DNA of 64,000 bases, taken from positions 44,370-108,369 of the forward strand of contig JAKBJL010000001.1 in the NCBI GenBank assembly GCA_021836035.1. The letters are read 5' to 3'. The number at the start of each line of letters is the position of its first letter. Within the stretch, counting starts at the first letter, position 1. Below, in pieces: positions 7,718-17,221 of this stretch. The notes under the pieces were generated by a model, which worked only from the letters and a program-made list of their open reading frames with translations, was not told the origin of the DNA and did not search any database. The position numbers were made by a program, and so were the translations under genes. The DNA comes from a bacterium. GTDB lineage: Bacteria; Patescibacteriota; Microgenomatia; JAMCZE01.

Positions 7718-9079
7718 CTATAATTTAAAACGGTTAAGGGAAGAGAGGTTTTCGGGAGAAATAATATTGTTTAACTTCAAAGCTTTCGCTTCCTTGAGGC
7801 GCTTCTCTAACGAGTTGACCCGGCGGACATTGCCCAACAGATCCAGCTCCCCGATCGCGACCGTTTTGGCCGGTAAAGCTTTATCGCGGAAGCTGGAAAG
7901 GACAGCGAGAGCTACCGGAAGATCCACCGCCGGTTCTTCGATTTTAATGCCTCCGGCGACATTAAGATAAATATCCTCTTTATACAAAGGCAGGGAAAGC
8001 CGTTTTTGTAATACCGCGACAATCATCTGCAGCCTCTGATAGTCGATACCGTTGCCGACGCGTCTAGGGGCCGGTAAGGTGGTATTGGTTGTCAAAGCCT
8101 GGATTTCTACCAGCATCGGCCTGGTTCCTTCCATAGCCACGGTTAAGCAGCTTCCCGGTTTCGTTCCGTGTGCCTCGGTAACGAATCCCTGTAAATCAGT
8201 AGCGGGCCGCAGCCCGCTGTCGCTCATCTCAAATACACCCACCTCGTCCGTCGGTCCGAAACGATTCTTGGTTGCCCGGATCAAGCGGAGATTTTGAAAC
8301 CTCTCCCCCTCCAAATTTAAGACGGTATCCACGGCGTGTTCCAATACTTTCGGCCCGGCGATGGTACCCTCTTTTGTCACATGCCCTACCAGGAAAAGCG
8401 GTACCCCGTATGGTTTGGTAGCCATAATCAGCCTGGAAGCCGTTTCCCGTACCTGGCCGACTGAACCGGCGCCTCCGGAAAGGTCTCCTGTCGTCATAGT
8501 TTGGATCGAATCCACAATTACCAACGGTCCAACCCCGTCTTTATTTTTTCCTTGTCCTTGCACCTGTTCTTGAATTTGTTCCGCTACGCGGTCCGCGTCC
8601 GTTTCTTCTAAAACTAAAATTTGTCCGCTTTTTATCCCCAACCTTTCGGCCCTGATTTTTATTTGCCCGGCGCTTTCTTCCCCGGCGACATAAAGGACGG
8701 TTCCTTCCCTGCCGTTACCCCAATGGCTGGCCAGTTCCAAAAGAAGGGTGCTTTTCCCGATGCCCGGTTCCCCGGCTAAAAGCACCGCCATTCCGGGGAC
8801 AATTCCCCCGCCCAAGGCGCGGTCCAACTCCGTAATCCCCGTCTCTGCCCGAGTCATTTTCTTTGCCTCGACATCCGCAAGTTTTATTATTCTCCCGCTA
8901 CCGCCGGTTCGTCTGTTTCGAGCTTTGAGCTTCGAGCTTTGAGTTTCTACCATCGTTTCCACCAAACTACTCCACGCCCCGCAATTCGGGCATTTACCCA
9001 GATAAGAAGGGCTGACATAGCCGCATTGCTGGCAGACAAAATCAGAGGAAGCTTTCATTCCAAGCGTATTATAGTTCAA
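7718..9079 (-). CDS. radA: DNA repair protein RadA/Sms
   Basis: N-terminal C4 zinc ribbon (CQQCGY...CPNCGAW), Walker A GEPGIGKST, KNRFG motif, and a Lon-protease-like C-terminal domain. Confidence 0.9.
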   Translation of the reverse strand: MNYNTLGMKASSDFVCQQCGYVSPSYLGKCPNCGAWSSLVETMVETQSSKLKARNRRTGGSGRIIKLADVEAKKMTRAETGITELDRALGGGIVPGMAVLLAGEPGIGKSTLLLELASHWGNGREGTVLYVAGEESAGQIKIRAERLGIKSGQILVLEETDADRVAEQIQEQVQGQGKNKDGVGPLVIVDSIQTMTTGDLSGGAGSVGQVRETASRLIMATKPYGVPLFLVGHVTKEGTIAGPKVLEHAVDTVLNLEGERFQNLRLIRATKNRFGPTDEVGVFEMSDSGLRPATDLQGFVTEAHGTKPGSCLTVAMEGTRPMLVEIQALTTNTTLPAPRRVGNGIDYQRLQMIVAVLQKRLSLPLYKEDIYLNVAGGIKIEEPAVDLPVALAVLSSFRDKALPAKTVAIGELDLLGNVRRVNSLEKRLKEAKALKLNNIISPENLSSLNRFKL

Positions 9080-9352
9080 TATTAATTGCGGATTGTCGAA
9101 TAATCAAATTGCGAATTAATATCTCAGTTTTAAAAGGGCGGCCTTGCCCGCCAAAAGGAATGCTCTCGGGCATACGCTTAGTGCACGACGCGAAGATAAA
9201 TAGCGGCGGACTCTTAAATTAAGATCATACTTGCCGCCTGGCCGGTTAATAATGTATAATGCGCCCGTTGACAGTAATTTTGCCCTCCTTCGCTCGTGTT
9301 CAACCCGTGCATTTCGTGTACGCTCTGGAGCATTCGTTTCGGAAGGGCATAA

Positions 9353-9387
9353 GAAACCGTAACGCTCATAAATTCGCAAACGGTTTC
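9353..9387 (+). promoter_or_regulatory. 8-bp stem hairpin in the S1 gene leader (GAAACCGT-19 nt-ACGGTTTC); possible autoregulatory structure
   Basis: Read directly. Sits between a TATAAT at 9255 and the start region. Confidence 0.3.
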
Positions 9388-9409
9388 TAACGAAAGGAAG
9401 TGTGCATGT

Positions 9410-10534
9410 TTGCCGAAAGCAAAAAAGAACCTACCATCAAAGACTTTAGTAAATAGGAAGTCAAAGAACTCTGACCCCCAGACCATGGCGGAACTTCTGG
9501 CACGGGTAGGCTACCAATTTTCCGGTGTCAAAAAGGGCGAAATTGTTGAGGGTGTTATATCCTCCATCACCGGCCGCGAAGTCCTTATCGATCTTGGGGG
9601 CAAAACGGAAGGCGTTGTCGGCCGCAAAGAATGGGAGCAGGTAAAAGATTTTGTCGCAACTCTTAAAGTCGGTGATAAGATCTCTGCTACCGTTATTTCC
9701 CCGGAAAACGATAAGGGGCAAATGATCCTTTCCATTAAAAAATCCAGCTTGGCTAACCGTTGGGATAAGGCCAATAAGCTTTTCGAGTCCGGCGAAGCAA
9801 CCAAAGTCAAAGGTCTGGAGGTAAATCGTGGCGGTTTGTTGGTGGAAGCGGACGGCGCCCATGGCTTTATCCCCACTTCCCAACTATCGCCTGCTCATCA
9901 AAGCGAAATCAATAAATTGATCGGCAAATCCCTAACGGCCAAGGTCATTGAGGTTGACCAAAAACAAAATCGGTTAATCTTCTCCGAGCGCGCCCTGACT
10001 GAACAGGCGGAAAAAGATAATAAACTGGCTCTGATTAAAAGCAGGGTTAAAATCGGCGAAAAATACGCGGGTACGGTCAGCGCCATTATGAGTTACGGTA
10101 TTTTTGTCAATTTGGAAAACGGCGCCGACGGTTTAGTCCATATCAGCGAAGTTTCCTGGGAAAAAGTCAACGACCTCTCCACCATTTTTAAAGTCGGAGA
10201 CAAGGTAGAAGTAGTAGTCGTCGGCATTAACGAATCTGATGCTAAGTTGAATTTATCCATTAAACAGCTCCAGCCTGATCCCTGGTTGTCTCTCTCGGAA
10301 AAATATACTAAAGACCAAATTATTAAAGGTACCGTTGCCCAGAAGGCTCCCTACGGGATTTTTATCAACCTGGAGGACGGTATCGATGGCTTAATCCGCT
10401 CCGGCAAAATCCCCCCGGGGAAGTCTTACGATACCGGGGATAAAATAGAATGTACGATTGAGTCTATTGACCTTCCCAATCACCGGATTTCCCTCGTTCC
10501 CGTCCTCAAAGAAAAACCGATCGGATACAAATAG
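9410..10534 (+). CDS. S1 RNA-binding domain protein (short ribosomal protein S1-like, four S1 repeats)
   Basis: Repeated S1 motifs (GEIVEGVISSI, YAGTVSAIMSYGIFVNL, IKGTVAQKAPYGIFINL). AAGGAAG RBS is 9 nt upstream of the TTG at 9410. An alternative ATG start at 9485 is possible. Confidence 0.8.
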   Translation: MPKAKKNLPSKTLVNRKSKNSDPQTMAELLARVGYQFSGVKKGEIVEGVISSITGREVLIDLGGKTEGVVGRKEWEQVKDFVATLKVGDKISATVISPENDKGQMILSIKKSSLANRWDKANKLFESGEATKVKGLEVNRGGLLVEADGAHGFIPTSQLSPAHQSEINKLIGKSLTAKVIEVDQKQNRLIFSERALTEQAEKDNKLALIKSRVKIGEKYAGTVSAIMSYGIFVNLENGADGLVHISEVSWEKVNDLSTIFKVGDKVEVVVVGINESDAKLNLSIKQLQPDPWLSLSEKYTKDQIIKGTVAQKAPYGIFINLEDGIDGLIRSGKIPPGKSYDTGDKIECTIESIDLPNHRISLVPVLKEKPIGYK

Positions 10535-10608
10535 TGTAGAGCATAAAGCCAAAAAACGTAAAGATTGGCTCTTGTTTCTAGCCGACGCCATACGTTAAGC
10601 GCTATCTG

Positions 10609-12003
10609 CTACTGTTTAAGGAACTCCAGAAGAACGACGCTATTAACAAGCATCGGTTGTTGGAAACTTAAGGTGTTGGAAACCAGAGAAAGGTTGGTCT
10701 CTTCCGTCCGGCCATATAGGCTATAACCGTCTAAAATCGTTTTCCGGAAAAGATAGTTTCCTAAGGGGAGGTTGCTGACGGCAATCGGTACTCCCTCAGT
10801 ATGGTAAGAAATCTTGTCATAATTGGCTAAAATAATCCGCAGGTTATCCCCATCGCGGGCAGCGAAACCGGTTACTGAGCTTCCTTCCCCGGAAAGAGAT
10901 ACCCGCTGACCCGAAACGGAAGCGACCAGAGCTGCGGCAACCGCCAGCGGTTTTGGCGACCCGTGGTAAGTAAACATCCCGAAACCGCTGCCCAATCTGC
11001 CTGGGCCGTCGCGGATTTCAAATTTTGTCGCTATATTTACCCCATCTAAAAATGTCCGGACGACGCTGACGAAGTGGGCCGCGTCGTAGTTTAAGTCGTG
11101 GGCAACATTAGTTTCGGGATATGTTCCCCACTCCGTTACCAGCTTTTCCACTCCGCTAAGGCGGGGATATTTGGCCAGTATAGCCGCAATATTTGCCTGG
11201 TCCTGACGGAAAACGCCGACATCCGGGTGGTAGCGGTGCCAGCTGATAAAATCTAAACGCAAATTTTCCCGGTCTACCGCTGCTAAAAAGTTATCTAAAA
11301 AAGCAGTATTGCCGGGATCGGCAAGAGCCGGTCCGCCGATTTTAAACGGCTGGACTCCGAAAACCTTGCGGCTGCCGGCAATTGTATGGCGATAGAGCTC
11401 CATATAATCTTTGCTGGCGGTCCCAAATCCTACCAGCCCCGGTCCGATTCTCCACCCCCCAAAACCCCGACCATCCGGCTCGTTCCAAACTTCATAATAA
11501 ACATTGGGGATATTTAAAGTGTTAAAACCGCTTACCTGAGCAATCAGGTTAGCTACGGCATTTTCCCAAGCTATCCAGTTAAATGGTAAAGCGGTATCAG
11601 TTGAAGCTACGTTGGACGGGAAATAGGAAAGGGAAATGACGGGAGTTGCCCCCATGGAAGCGACTGCGACTACCTCACGTAGCCTTGCTTCCAGGGGATA
11701 ATCCAATAAATGATCCAAACGAATATATTTGGTATGTAGACCGCTAAGTTGGCGACTCAAGGGCGCGATGCTCACAAGCGTCCTCCCGTCATACTCCAGT
11801 TCGCCGCCCTGGGAAAAGCCGGAGCCGGGTTGCGGCAGGGGTCCCTCTTCTATCGCGGCGTCAATTGTAATATTTGCCGGCACTACTGCCGCTTCCGCGA
11901 GATAGACTTGCACCCGTTGTCCGAGGGTAATGGTTAAGGGTATAGCCAGGAGAAGTAGCAGCAGGGCAAGTGTCGAAGTCCAATTGTGCCGGAAAAACTC
12001 CAT
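10609..12003 (-). CDS. secreted glycoside hydrolase, GH-A clan (GH39/GH5-like)
   Basis: Signal peptide or TM at N-terminus. Catalytic-acid-type motif YYEVWNEPD. Confidence 0.6.
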   Translation of the reverse strand: MEFFRHNWTSTLALLLLLLAIPLTITLGQRVQVYLAEAAVVPANITIDAAIEEGPLPQPGSGFSQGGELEYDGRTLVSIAPLSRQLSGLHTKYIRLDHLLDYPLEARLREVVAVASMGATPVISLSYFPSNVASTDTALPFNWIAWENAVANLIAQVSGFNTLNIPNVYYEVWNEPDGRGFGGWRIGPGLVGFGTASKDYMELYRHTIAGSRKVFGVQPFKIGGPALADPGNTAFLDNFLAAVDRENLRLDFISWHRYHPDVGVFRQDQANIAAILAKYPRLSGVEKLVTEWGTYPETNVAHDLNYDAAHFVSVVRTFLDGVNIATKFEIRDGPGRLGSGFGMFTYHGSPKPLAVAAALVASVSGQRVSLSGEGSSVTGFAARDGDNLRIILANYDKISYHTEGVPIAVSNLPLGNYLFRKTILDGYSLYGRTEETNLSLVSNTLSFQQPMLVNSVVLLEFLKQ

Positions 12004-12083
12004 AATATTAGCTTAACACAATCAGTTTATTCCAGCGTAGCTAATTTTCACGGGGAATTAATGAGAACAAAGCGCCGCGTGTC

Positions 12084-13052
12084 TCATTGCCCGTTAAGGA
12101 TATATTCTTTGCCCCACGCGGCAATCCCGATATCGGAAAATTTTTCGTCTGTTTTAACCGGTAACAACAGCAAATGAAAGTCCAGTGTTTGTCCCGGCGA
12201 AAGCAAATCCGATTTAAAATCCTGCCGGGCAATGCCGTAAACCTTGCCGTCCTCGTTTTTCAACCAGCCGACAATCGTCATATCCGCGACAGGCAAAGAG
12301 GTAGTATTAATAATCGAGCCGCGGACGGAATACGTGTCGACCGCCTTTCCCGAAATTGAGGCCGGGATCGTCTCCGTACTCCGATTGAGAATTTTTAAAG
12401 GAACCCGGTCGGGAGAGGCGGATGCTGAAGCAGCGCTAAAAACGATTTCCATCCGGTCGGATGGTGGCGGATCGTCTACGGTGATATCATAGACCGTCTG
12501 TTCCTCTCCCCCCAAGCCAAAAAAATCATAGTTTACGCTATTATGCGCTATCTTCTGGGAAACGGTAGCGCCTCCCGCGTCGATAAACCGGACTACCGGT
12601 GTAAAACTGCCGATAAAATCACTGCCGCTGTTTTTGACTTCCCCCAACATGCGGATGCCCGCAAGATGGGCGCTGTCCGACCCCGCTCCCTGTTCCGCGC
12701 TATAAATGCCGATAAGATTAGCGGAAACAATTAATAATGCCGGGCGGTTAATCTTTTGGAGATTGCTGCTGTTAGATTCTGGGAGATCAATTTTGGGAAG
12801 CACCAACTCCCCGTTGACAATCGCCGGGCCGGTAAGCGGAGCGTCCTTTTCGACTTTAGTTTCCTTCTGCTCAACCCGGGTGCGGATTTTCGGCAAAGCA
12901 ACTACGAGGCCAACCAGAAAAAACAGCAGAACCAGGAGGGTAACCCGTTTAACGACCAGCGGTATCGGCACGAGCCAGTTATAACAAGAACCGTCAATAA
13001 AAACAAATCCCCAAAACCAATGGCCAATACTACCAATAACCAATAGTTTCAA
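12084..13052 (-). CDS. hypothetical membrane-anchored extracellular protein
   Basis: Single TM near the N-terminus, then Ser/Thr-rich beta-type sequence. True start is uncertain. Confidence 0.5.
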   Translation of the reverse strand: MKLLVIGSIGHWFWGFVFIDGSCYNWLVPIPLVVKRVTLLVLLFFLVGLVVALPKIRTRVEQKETKVEKDAPLTGPAIVNGELVLPKIDLPESNSSNLQKINRPALLIVSANLIGIYSAEQGAGSDSAHLAGIRMLGEVKNSGSDFIGSFTPVVRFIDAGGATVSQKIAHNSVNYDFFGLGGEEQTVYDITVDDPPPSDRMEIVFSAASASASPDRVPLKILNRSTETIPASISGKAVDTYSVRGSIINTTSLPVADMTIVGWLKNEDGKVYGIARQDFKSDLLSPGQTLDFHLLLLPVKTDEKFSDIGIAAWGKEYILNGQ

Positions 13053-13088
13053 TTGGGAATTGGGGCTTGAGATTTGGAGTTTGGAATT

Positions 13089-13859
13089 TTATTTGAGCGC
13101 GGCGTCAATGAGGGTTTGGAATTGGGAATAAGGTACAGCGCCAACCAGCGGCTTATCATTAACGGCAAAGCTCGGAGTGCTGTTAAAGCCGTTGCTGCTG
13201 GCAATTTTCATATCGTCCTGCACTTGGCTGTCGTAAATTTTACCATCCAGGCATTTATTAAATTTGTCCGTGTCCAGCCCTAAATCGGCGGCAAATTGCT
13301 TAAGGTTGGTATCGGAAAAAGTTCCCTGGTTTTCCCCGCTCTGCTTCTTAAACAGATAATCATGATAATCCCAAAATTTACCCTGTTCTTTAGCACAAAG
13401 CGATGCGTTTGCGGCCTGTGTTGATTCGGCGCCGAGAAAGGCCAGGTTTTTATAGACAAACTTGGCTTTGCCGGTGTCGACATAGTCCTTTTTAATCTGC
13501 GGCCAGGTTTGGGTATAAAACTTCTCGCAGAAGGGGCATTGGTAATCCGAGAATTCGACGATGGTCACTTTGGCATTGGCATCTCCTAAAACACTATCTT
13601 TATCCGTCAGAGGAATTTTTACCGACGTCGGAGCGGGCGGTTGGGTGGGAGCTGCAGCCCGTTGCGCCCCCGGTGCATTTTGGTCACCATTAGCGGCTTT
13701 GGCGTCCGCTACTTTCGTCGTTTTTCCCACTTCCAGATATTGGATCTTGGTCCACATGCTCCCGATAGCAAAAGAGGCGACAATCAGGAGAACTACCAGA
13801 AGGGGGCTTTGCCGCTCAAACATGAAATTAAAGATAGCCGAACCCGGGACAGAAGTCAA
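13089..13859 (-). CDS. DsbA-family thiol:disulfide oxidoreductase (thioredoxin fold, CPFC active site)
   Basis: VTIVEFSDYQCPFCEKF active-site context. N-terminal TM anchor plus a Pro/Ala-rich linker. Confidence 0.75.
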   Translation of the reverse strand: MTSVPGSAIFNFMFERQSPLLVVLLIVASFAIGSMWTKIQYLEVGKTTKVADAKAANGDQNAPGAQRAAAPTQPPAPTSVKIPLTDKDSVLGDANAKVTIVEFSDYQCPFCEKFYTQTWPQIKKDYVDTGKAKFVYKNLAFLGAESTQAANASLCAKEQGKFWDYHDYLFKKQSGENQGTFSDTNLKQFAADLGLDTDKFNKCLDGKIYDSQVQDDMKIASSNGFNSTPSFAVNDKPLVGAVPYSQFQTLIDAALK

Positions 13860-13862
13860 GAA

Positions 13863-14657
13863 CTAAAAGTAGTTTTCAAAGTGAATATTTTCTCTCTTTA
13901 CCCCCTTGTCAACCAACCCGTTGGTTACTTCCCGGATCATTTCCATATTGCCGCACAAATAATAGCTATGAGCTTTTAACTTTGAGCTTTCGGCCGTCTT
14001 GAGCACGTGCTCTGTCACGTGCCCCGTTAATCCCTGCCAGGAGTTAGTTAGGGGTTGGGATAAAACAATATGAAATCTAAAATTCTCAAATTCGATAGCG
14101 TTGCTCTCAAAAAATTCCCGGTAAAAAATATCCCGCTCGTGCCGCAGGCCGAAGAAAAGCTCCACCCCGGTTTCCTGTCGGCCTTCATCCCGTAGTTTGT
14201 TTAGCAATAGGGGAATCATGGCCTTAAACGGACCAATACCGGTACCGGCAGCCACAAAAACGTAATTAGGGGCTAGTCCCGTGGTTGGTAATTTCCCTAA
14301 TTGCCCACCCCTAGCTGCTGGCTCCTCTAGAACAAAGTTCCCCAGGGGGCCCTTTAAAGTTACCTCGTCGCTTATTTTTAATTCCCTGATGAATTCGCCT
14401 CCCGGACCGGCCGGTTTCGTGTCGACACAAAACTCCACATAATTGGGGTGGCTCGGCCGGCTGCAAATCGAGTAGCTGCGTTTTATCAGACCGTTCGCCC
14501 CGGTTCCCTTGGGGCCCACCGCCACCGAAACGTATTGCCCCGCCTCCCAGGCCATTTTTCCGGACAACCGCAAACCCACCTGGTAAACATGTTCGGTTAG
14601 CTGATGTTTTTCAAAAACTTTAGCCTTGAAATCTTTTATCTCCCCCATTAAAAACAT
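13863..14657 (-). CDS. FAD/NAD(P)-binding oxidoreductase, ferredoxin-NADP reductase family
   Basis: FAD-binding RSYSICS motif, GTGIGPF NAD(P)-binding motif, C-terminal YLCG. Confidence 0.75.
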   Translation of the reverse strand: MFLMGEIKDFKAKVFEKHQLTEHVYQVGLRLSGKMAWEAGQYVSVAVGPKGTGANGLIKRSYSICSRPSHPNYVEFCVDTKPAGPGGEFIRELKISDEVTLKGPLGNFVLEEPAARGGQLGKLPTTGLAPNYVFVAAGTGIGPFKAMIPLLLNKLRDEGRQETGVELFFGLRHERDIFYREFFESNAIEFENFRFHIVLSQPLTNSWQGLTGHVTEHVLKTAESSKLKAHSYYLCGNMEMIREVTNGLVDKGVKRENIHFENYF

Positions 14658-14685
14658 TGTATAACATTAAACATCCGATATTTCT

Positions 14686-14694
14686 TGGTATAAT
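14686..14694 (+). promoter_or_regulatory. extended -10 promoter TGGTATAAT for trxB; ATG 6 nt downstream implies a leaderless mRNA
   Basis: TTGGTATAAT at 14685-14694, ATG at 14701, no SD. Sits in the 43-bp divergent region between the FNR-like gene and trxB. Confidence 0.45.
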
Positions 14695-14700
14695 AAGGGT

Positions 14701-15636
14701 ATGACTAAGAATATTTTTGAATCCGATCAAATCGGATTTGATGTAGCGATTATCGGCGGAGGTCCGGCGGGGCTGACGGCGGCTATTTATACCTCCCGGG
14801 CTAACTTAAAAACTCTGGTTTTAGCCGGGGAAAAATGGGGCGGGCAACTAATACTTACGACTACTGTCGAGAACTTTCCCGGTTTTCCCGAAGGCATTCA
14901 AGGCCCGGAATTAATGGAAAAAATGAAAGCCCAGGCGGAAAAATTCGGCTCCCAAATTGTTTTTGAAACAGTTACTTCCATCCGGCGCTCTGATGCTAAC
15001 CGCTTTACGCTTTCCGCTAACCGTTCTCAGTATAACGCCCGCAGCGTCATAGTAGCTACCGGCGCCGATACCGTCTGGCTGGGATTACCTAACGAGCAGC
15101 GTTTAATCGGCCACGGCGTTTCCTCCTGTGCTCCCTGCGATGCTTTCTTTTTCCGCGACAAAAAAGTAGCTGTCGTCGGCGGTGGCGATGCGGCGATGGA
15201 GGAAGCCCTGGTTCTCACTAAATTTGCCAGCGAGGTAACGATTATTCATAGGCGTGATACTTTCCGCGCCAGTAAAATTATGCAGGAACGGGTTCTTTCC
15301 CATCCCAAAATTAAGGTTTTATGGAATACCGAAGTTATAGATGTCCTCGGCGAAGGAAATGTTACCGGTCTTTCTCTCCAAACCGAAGGTAATAACTCTA
15401 CGCTCCCGTTTGACGGTTTATTTGTTGCTGTCGGCCACAAACCCAATTCCCAAATATTTGGCGACCTGGTAGAAACTGACGAGAAAGGCTATATTATTAA
15501 ATCAAAAACCCCGGGCCTTTTTATCGCCGGTGATGTGCAGGACCATACTTACCGGCAGGCGGTTACCGCCGCAGCTTTCGGAACCATGGCCGCCATGCAG
15601 GTTGAGAAATGGCTAGAAAATCAATCTGCCTCTTGA
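14701..15636 (+). CDS. trxB: thioredoxin-disulfide reductase
   Basis: FAD-binding GGGPAG, redox-active CAPC, NADPH-binding GGGDAAMEEA. Confidence 0.9.
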   Translation: MTKNIFESDQIGFDVAIIGGGPAGLTAAIYTSRANLKTLVLAGEKWGGQLILTTTVENFPGFPEGIQGPELMEKMKAQAEKFGSQIVFETVTSIRRSDANRFTLSANRSQYNARSVIVATGADTVWLGLPNEQRLIGHGVSSCAPCDAFFFRDKKVAVVGGGDAAMEEALVLTKFASEVTIIHRRDTFRASKIMQERVLSHPKIKVLWNTEVIDVLGEGNVTGLSLQTEGNNSTLPFDGLFVAVGHKPNSQIFGDLVETDEKGYIIKSKTPGLFIAGDVQDHTYRQAVTAAAFGTMAAMQVEKWLENQSAS

Positions 15637-15867
15637 CATAAATAACCCCCCAAGCTAAATTCTGCCTATAGTTACTTATGGTACGGGAAGATCTTCCGAT
15701 AGTTGAAATCTACTATTCAGGAAACGATAAACAACGAGTAAGACCTACGTCAGCTTTTAACCCACTTTAGAGACGTTTTAAAGTTCGACCTTCAAGGCGC
15801 TAACCTGGATTGCTTAGTCGATTTCTATCGTCATAGTAGGGTCGTAAGGAAGAGCCGATTCGAAATT

Positions 15868-16209
15868 ATGTACGTTAATGACACGGTTGTGATGGAAACT
15901 CCCCGCTGGGACAGAAAGATCACCCGATGTTATCTTTCCCGGGGAATAAACGACCGAGATAGAATACATCTTCAATTGAATAGCAGAATTAAAAAATCGG
16001 ATATAAATCAGGATAACGCAGAGGTTGATGGTATCTTTCCTTTTCGTATTACTGGCATAAGAGGGTACGGCTCCTCCAAAGATGGTGACTGCTTAAAATT
16101 CTGCGCCTTAGGAACTAATGGCGGCGTGGCTATTACTGAAGATGGAAGAGTTAAATTCGACCAGATGGATAATGTAGAGCACTACTACGCTCGCCGATTA
16201 TATCTCTAA
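15868..16209 (+). CDS. hypothetical protein (113 aa), AT-richer than neighbours
   Basis: ORF only; no motif recognised. Confidence 0.3.
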   Translation: MYVNDTVVMETPRWDRKITRCYLSRGINDRDRIHLQLNSRIKKSDINQDNAEVDGIFPFRITGIRGYGSSKDGDCLKFCALGTNGGVAITEDGRVKFDQMDNVEHYYARRLYL

Positions 16210-16304
16210 TACTAGCAATAAATGCCGAGAAATGGCTGGAAAATAAATAGAATAATTTACGCGAATTAAAAACGAATTCACACGAACACTTTGATTTTAA
16301 AAAG

Positions 16305-16450
16305 GGTGGTAACCAGCGGGGAGCCCCATTAGGCGTATGAGCCCCCTCTCCATTCGCAAGAGTAGAAAGACTTCAACTAAAAAGGAAAGTGACTAAACCA
16401 GTCGTGTGGGCTAAATAGCTTGGTTGGGACCGCTGATTGCCGGGGCTCCT
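16305..16450 (+). repeat. MITE-like intergenic repeat, copy D
   Basis: TTTTAAAAAGGGTGGTAACCAGCGGGG ... GGGACCGCTGATTGCCGGGGCTCC. TTAAAA on both flanks. Confidence 0.65.
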
Positions 16451-16460
16451 AAATTAAAAA

Positions 16461-16784
16461 CTACGATATCAACGTAGAGTCTATTTGTTTTTTGAGGCTG
16501 TCTTTATCCTGATAGCCGACCATCTGGGCTACCGGCTGCCCGCCTTTAAAAATTAAGAGCGTCGGGATGCTCATCACGCCGTACTTTATCGCCGACTGCT
16601 GGTTGGCGTCCACATCCAGCTTACCGATAACCAGTTTCCCCTCATAATCCTTGGACAATTCCTCTAAAACCGGGGCGATCATCCGACAGGGTCCGCACCA
16701 GGAAGCCCAAAAATCTACCAAAATCGGTACCGGGCTCTTTTTTACCTCTTCGTCAAAATTGGCATCAGTCAAAGTCAGATCCAT
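16461..16784 (-). CDS. trxA: thioredoxin
   Basis: WASWCGPCRMIAP active site. Start taken at MDLTLTDANF. Confidence 0.85.
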   Translation of the reverse strand: MDLTLTDANFDEEVKKSPVPILVDFWASWCGPCRMIAPVLEELSKDYEGKLVIGKLDVDANQQSAIKYGVMSIPTLLIFKGGQPVAQMVGYQDKDSLKKQIDSTLIS

Positions 16785-16825
16785 GGTCGTTATTTTAATC
16801 AAAAAAAATTGTCCGTCAAGAGGGA

Positions 16826-17221
16826 CTAAAACCAAAGCAACAGCAAGCCTACTCCGATCAGTCCCGCGGCAATCCGGCGTTCCTGGCGCTCCGTAATTGC
16901 TAAAAAGGCATGGACCATCATGGCTAGAACCATCCCCTTCCCCATCATCGAGCCGCTGGAAGTAACGACAAAAACCGCCAAAATAAAGACCAGCATGAAG
17001 CCCCGGAAATTATGGAAAAAATCGGGCTGTGTTCCTAAGTATTTAGCCAGCACTTGATCCAAATCCAAAAGAAAAGTCCCGACAACGATCCCTCCGGCAA
17101 AAAATAAAAGATACCAGCTGAGGCCGTGGAATAAGGCCAGTAGCCCCCCGGCGACCAGCAGAAGCAAAGCTTCCCAAGGCAAAATTCCCTTAAGTTGTCC
17201 CAATTCCCGTTTAAGATCCAT
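16826..17221 (-). CDS. hypothetical integral membrane protein (131 aa, about 4 TM)
   Basis: Hydrophobicity pattern. Start overlaps the stop of the upstream LPXTG protein gene by 11 nt. Confidence 0.5.
   Translation of the reverse strand: MDLKRELGQLKGILPWEALLLLVAGGLLALFHGLSWYLLFFAGGIVVGTFLLDLDQVLAKYLGTQPDFFHNFRGFMLVFILAVFVVTSSGSMMGKGMVLAMMVHAFLAITERQERRIAAGLIGVGLLLLWF

Noticed and set aside
9116-9486. Two minus-strand ORFs (87 and 90 aa) in the radA-S1 intergenic region.
   Set aside because: They overlap the S1 promoter, leader hairpin and uORF region, have atypical composition and no start context. Interpreted as a regulatory leader instead.
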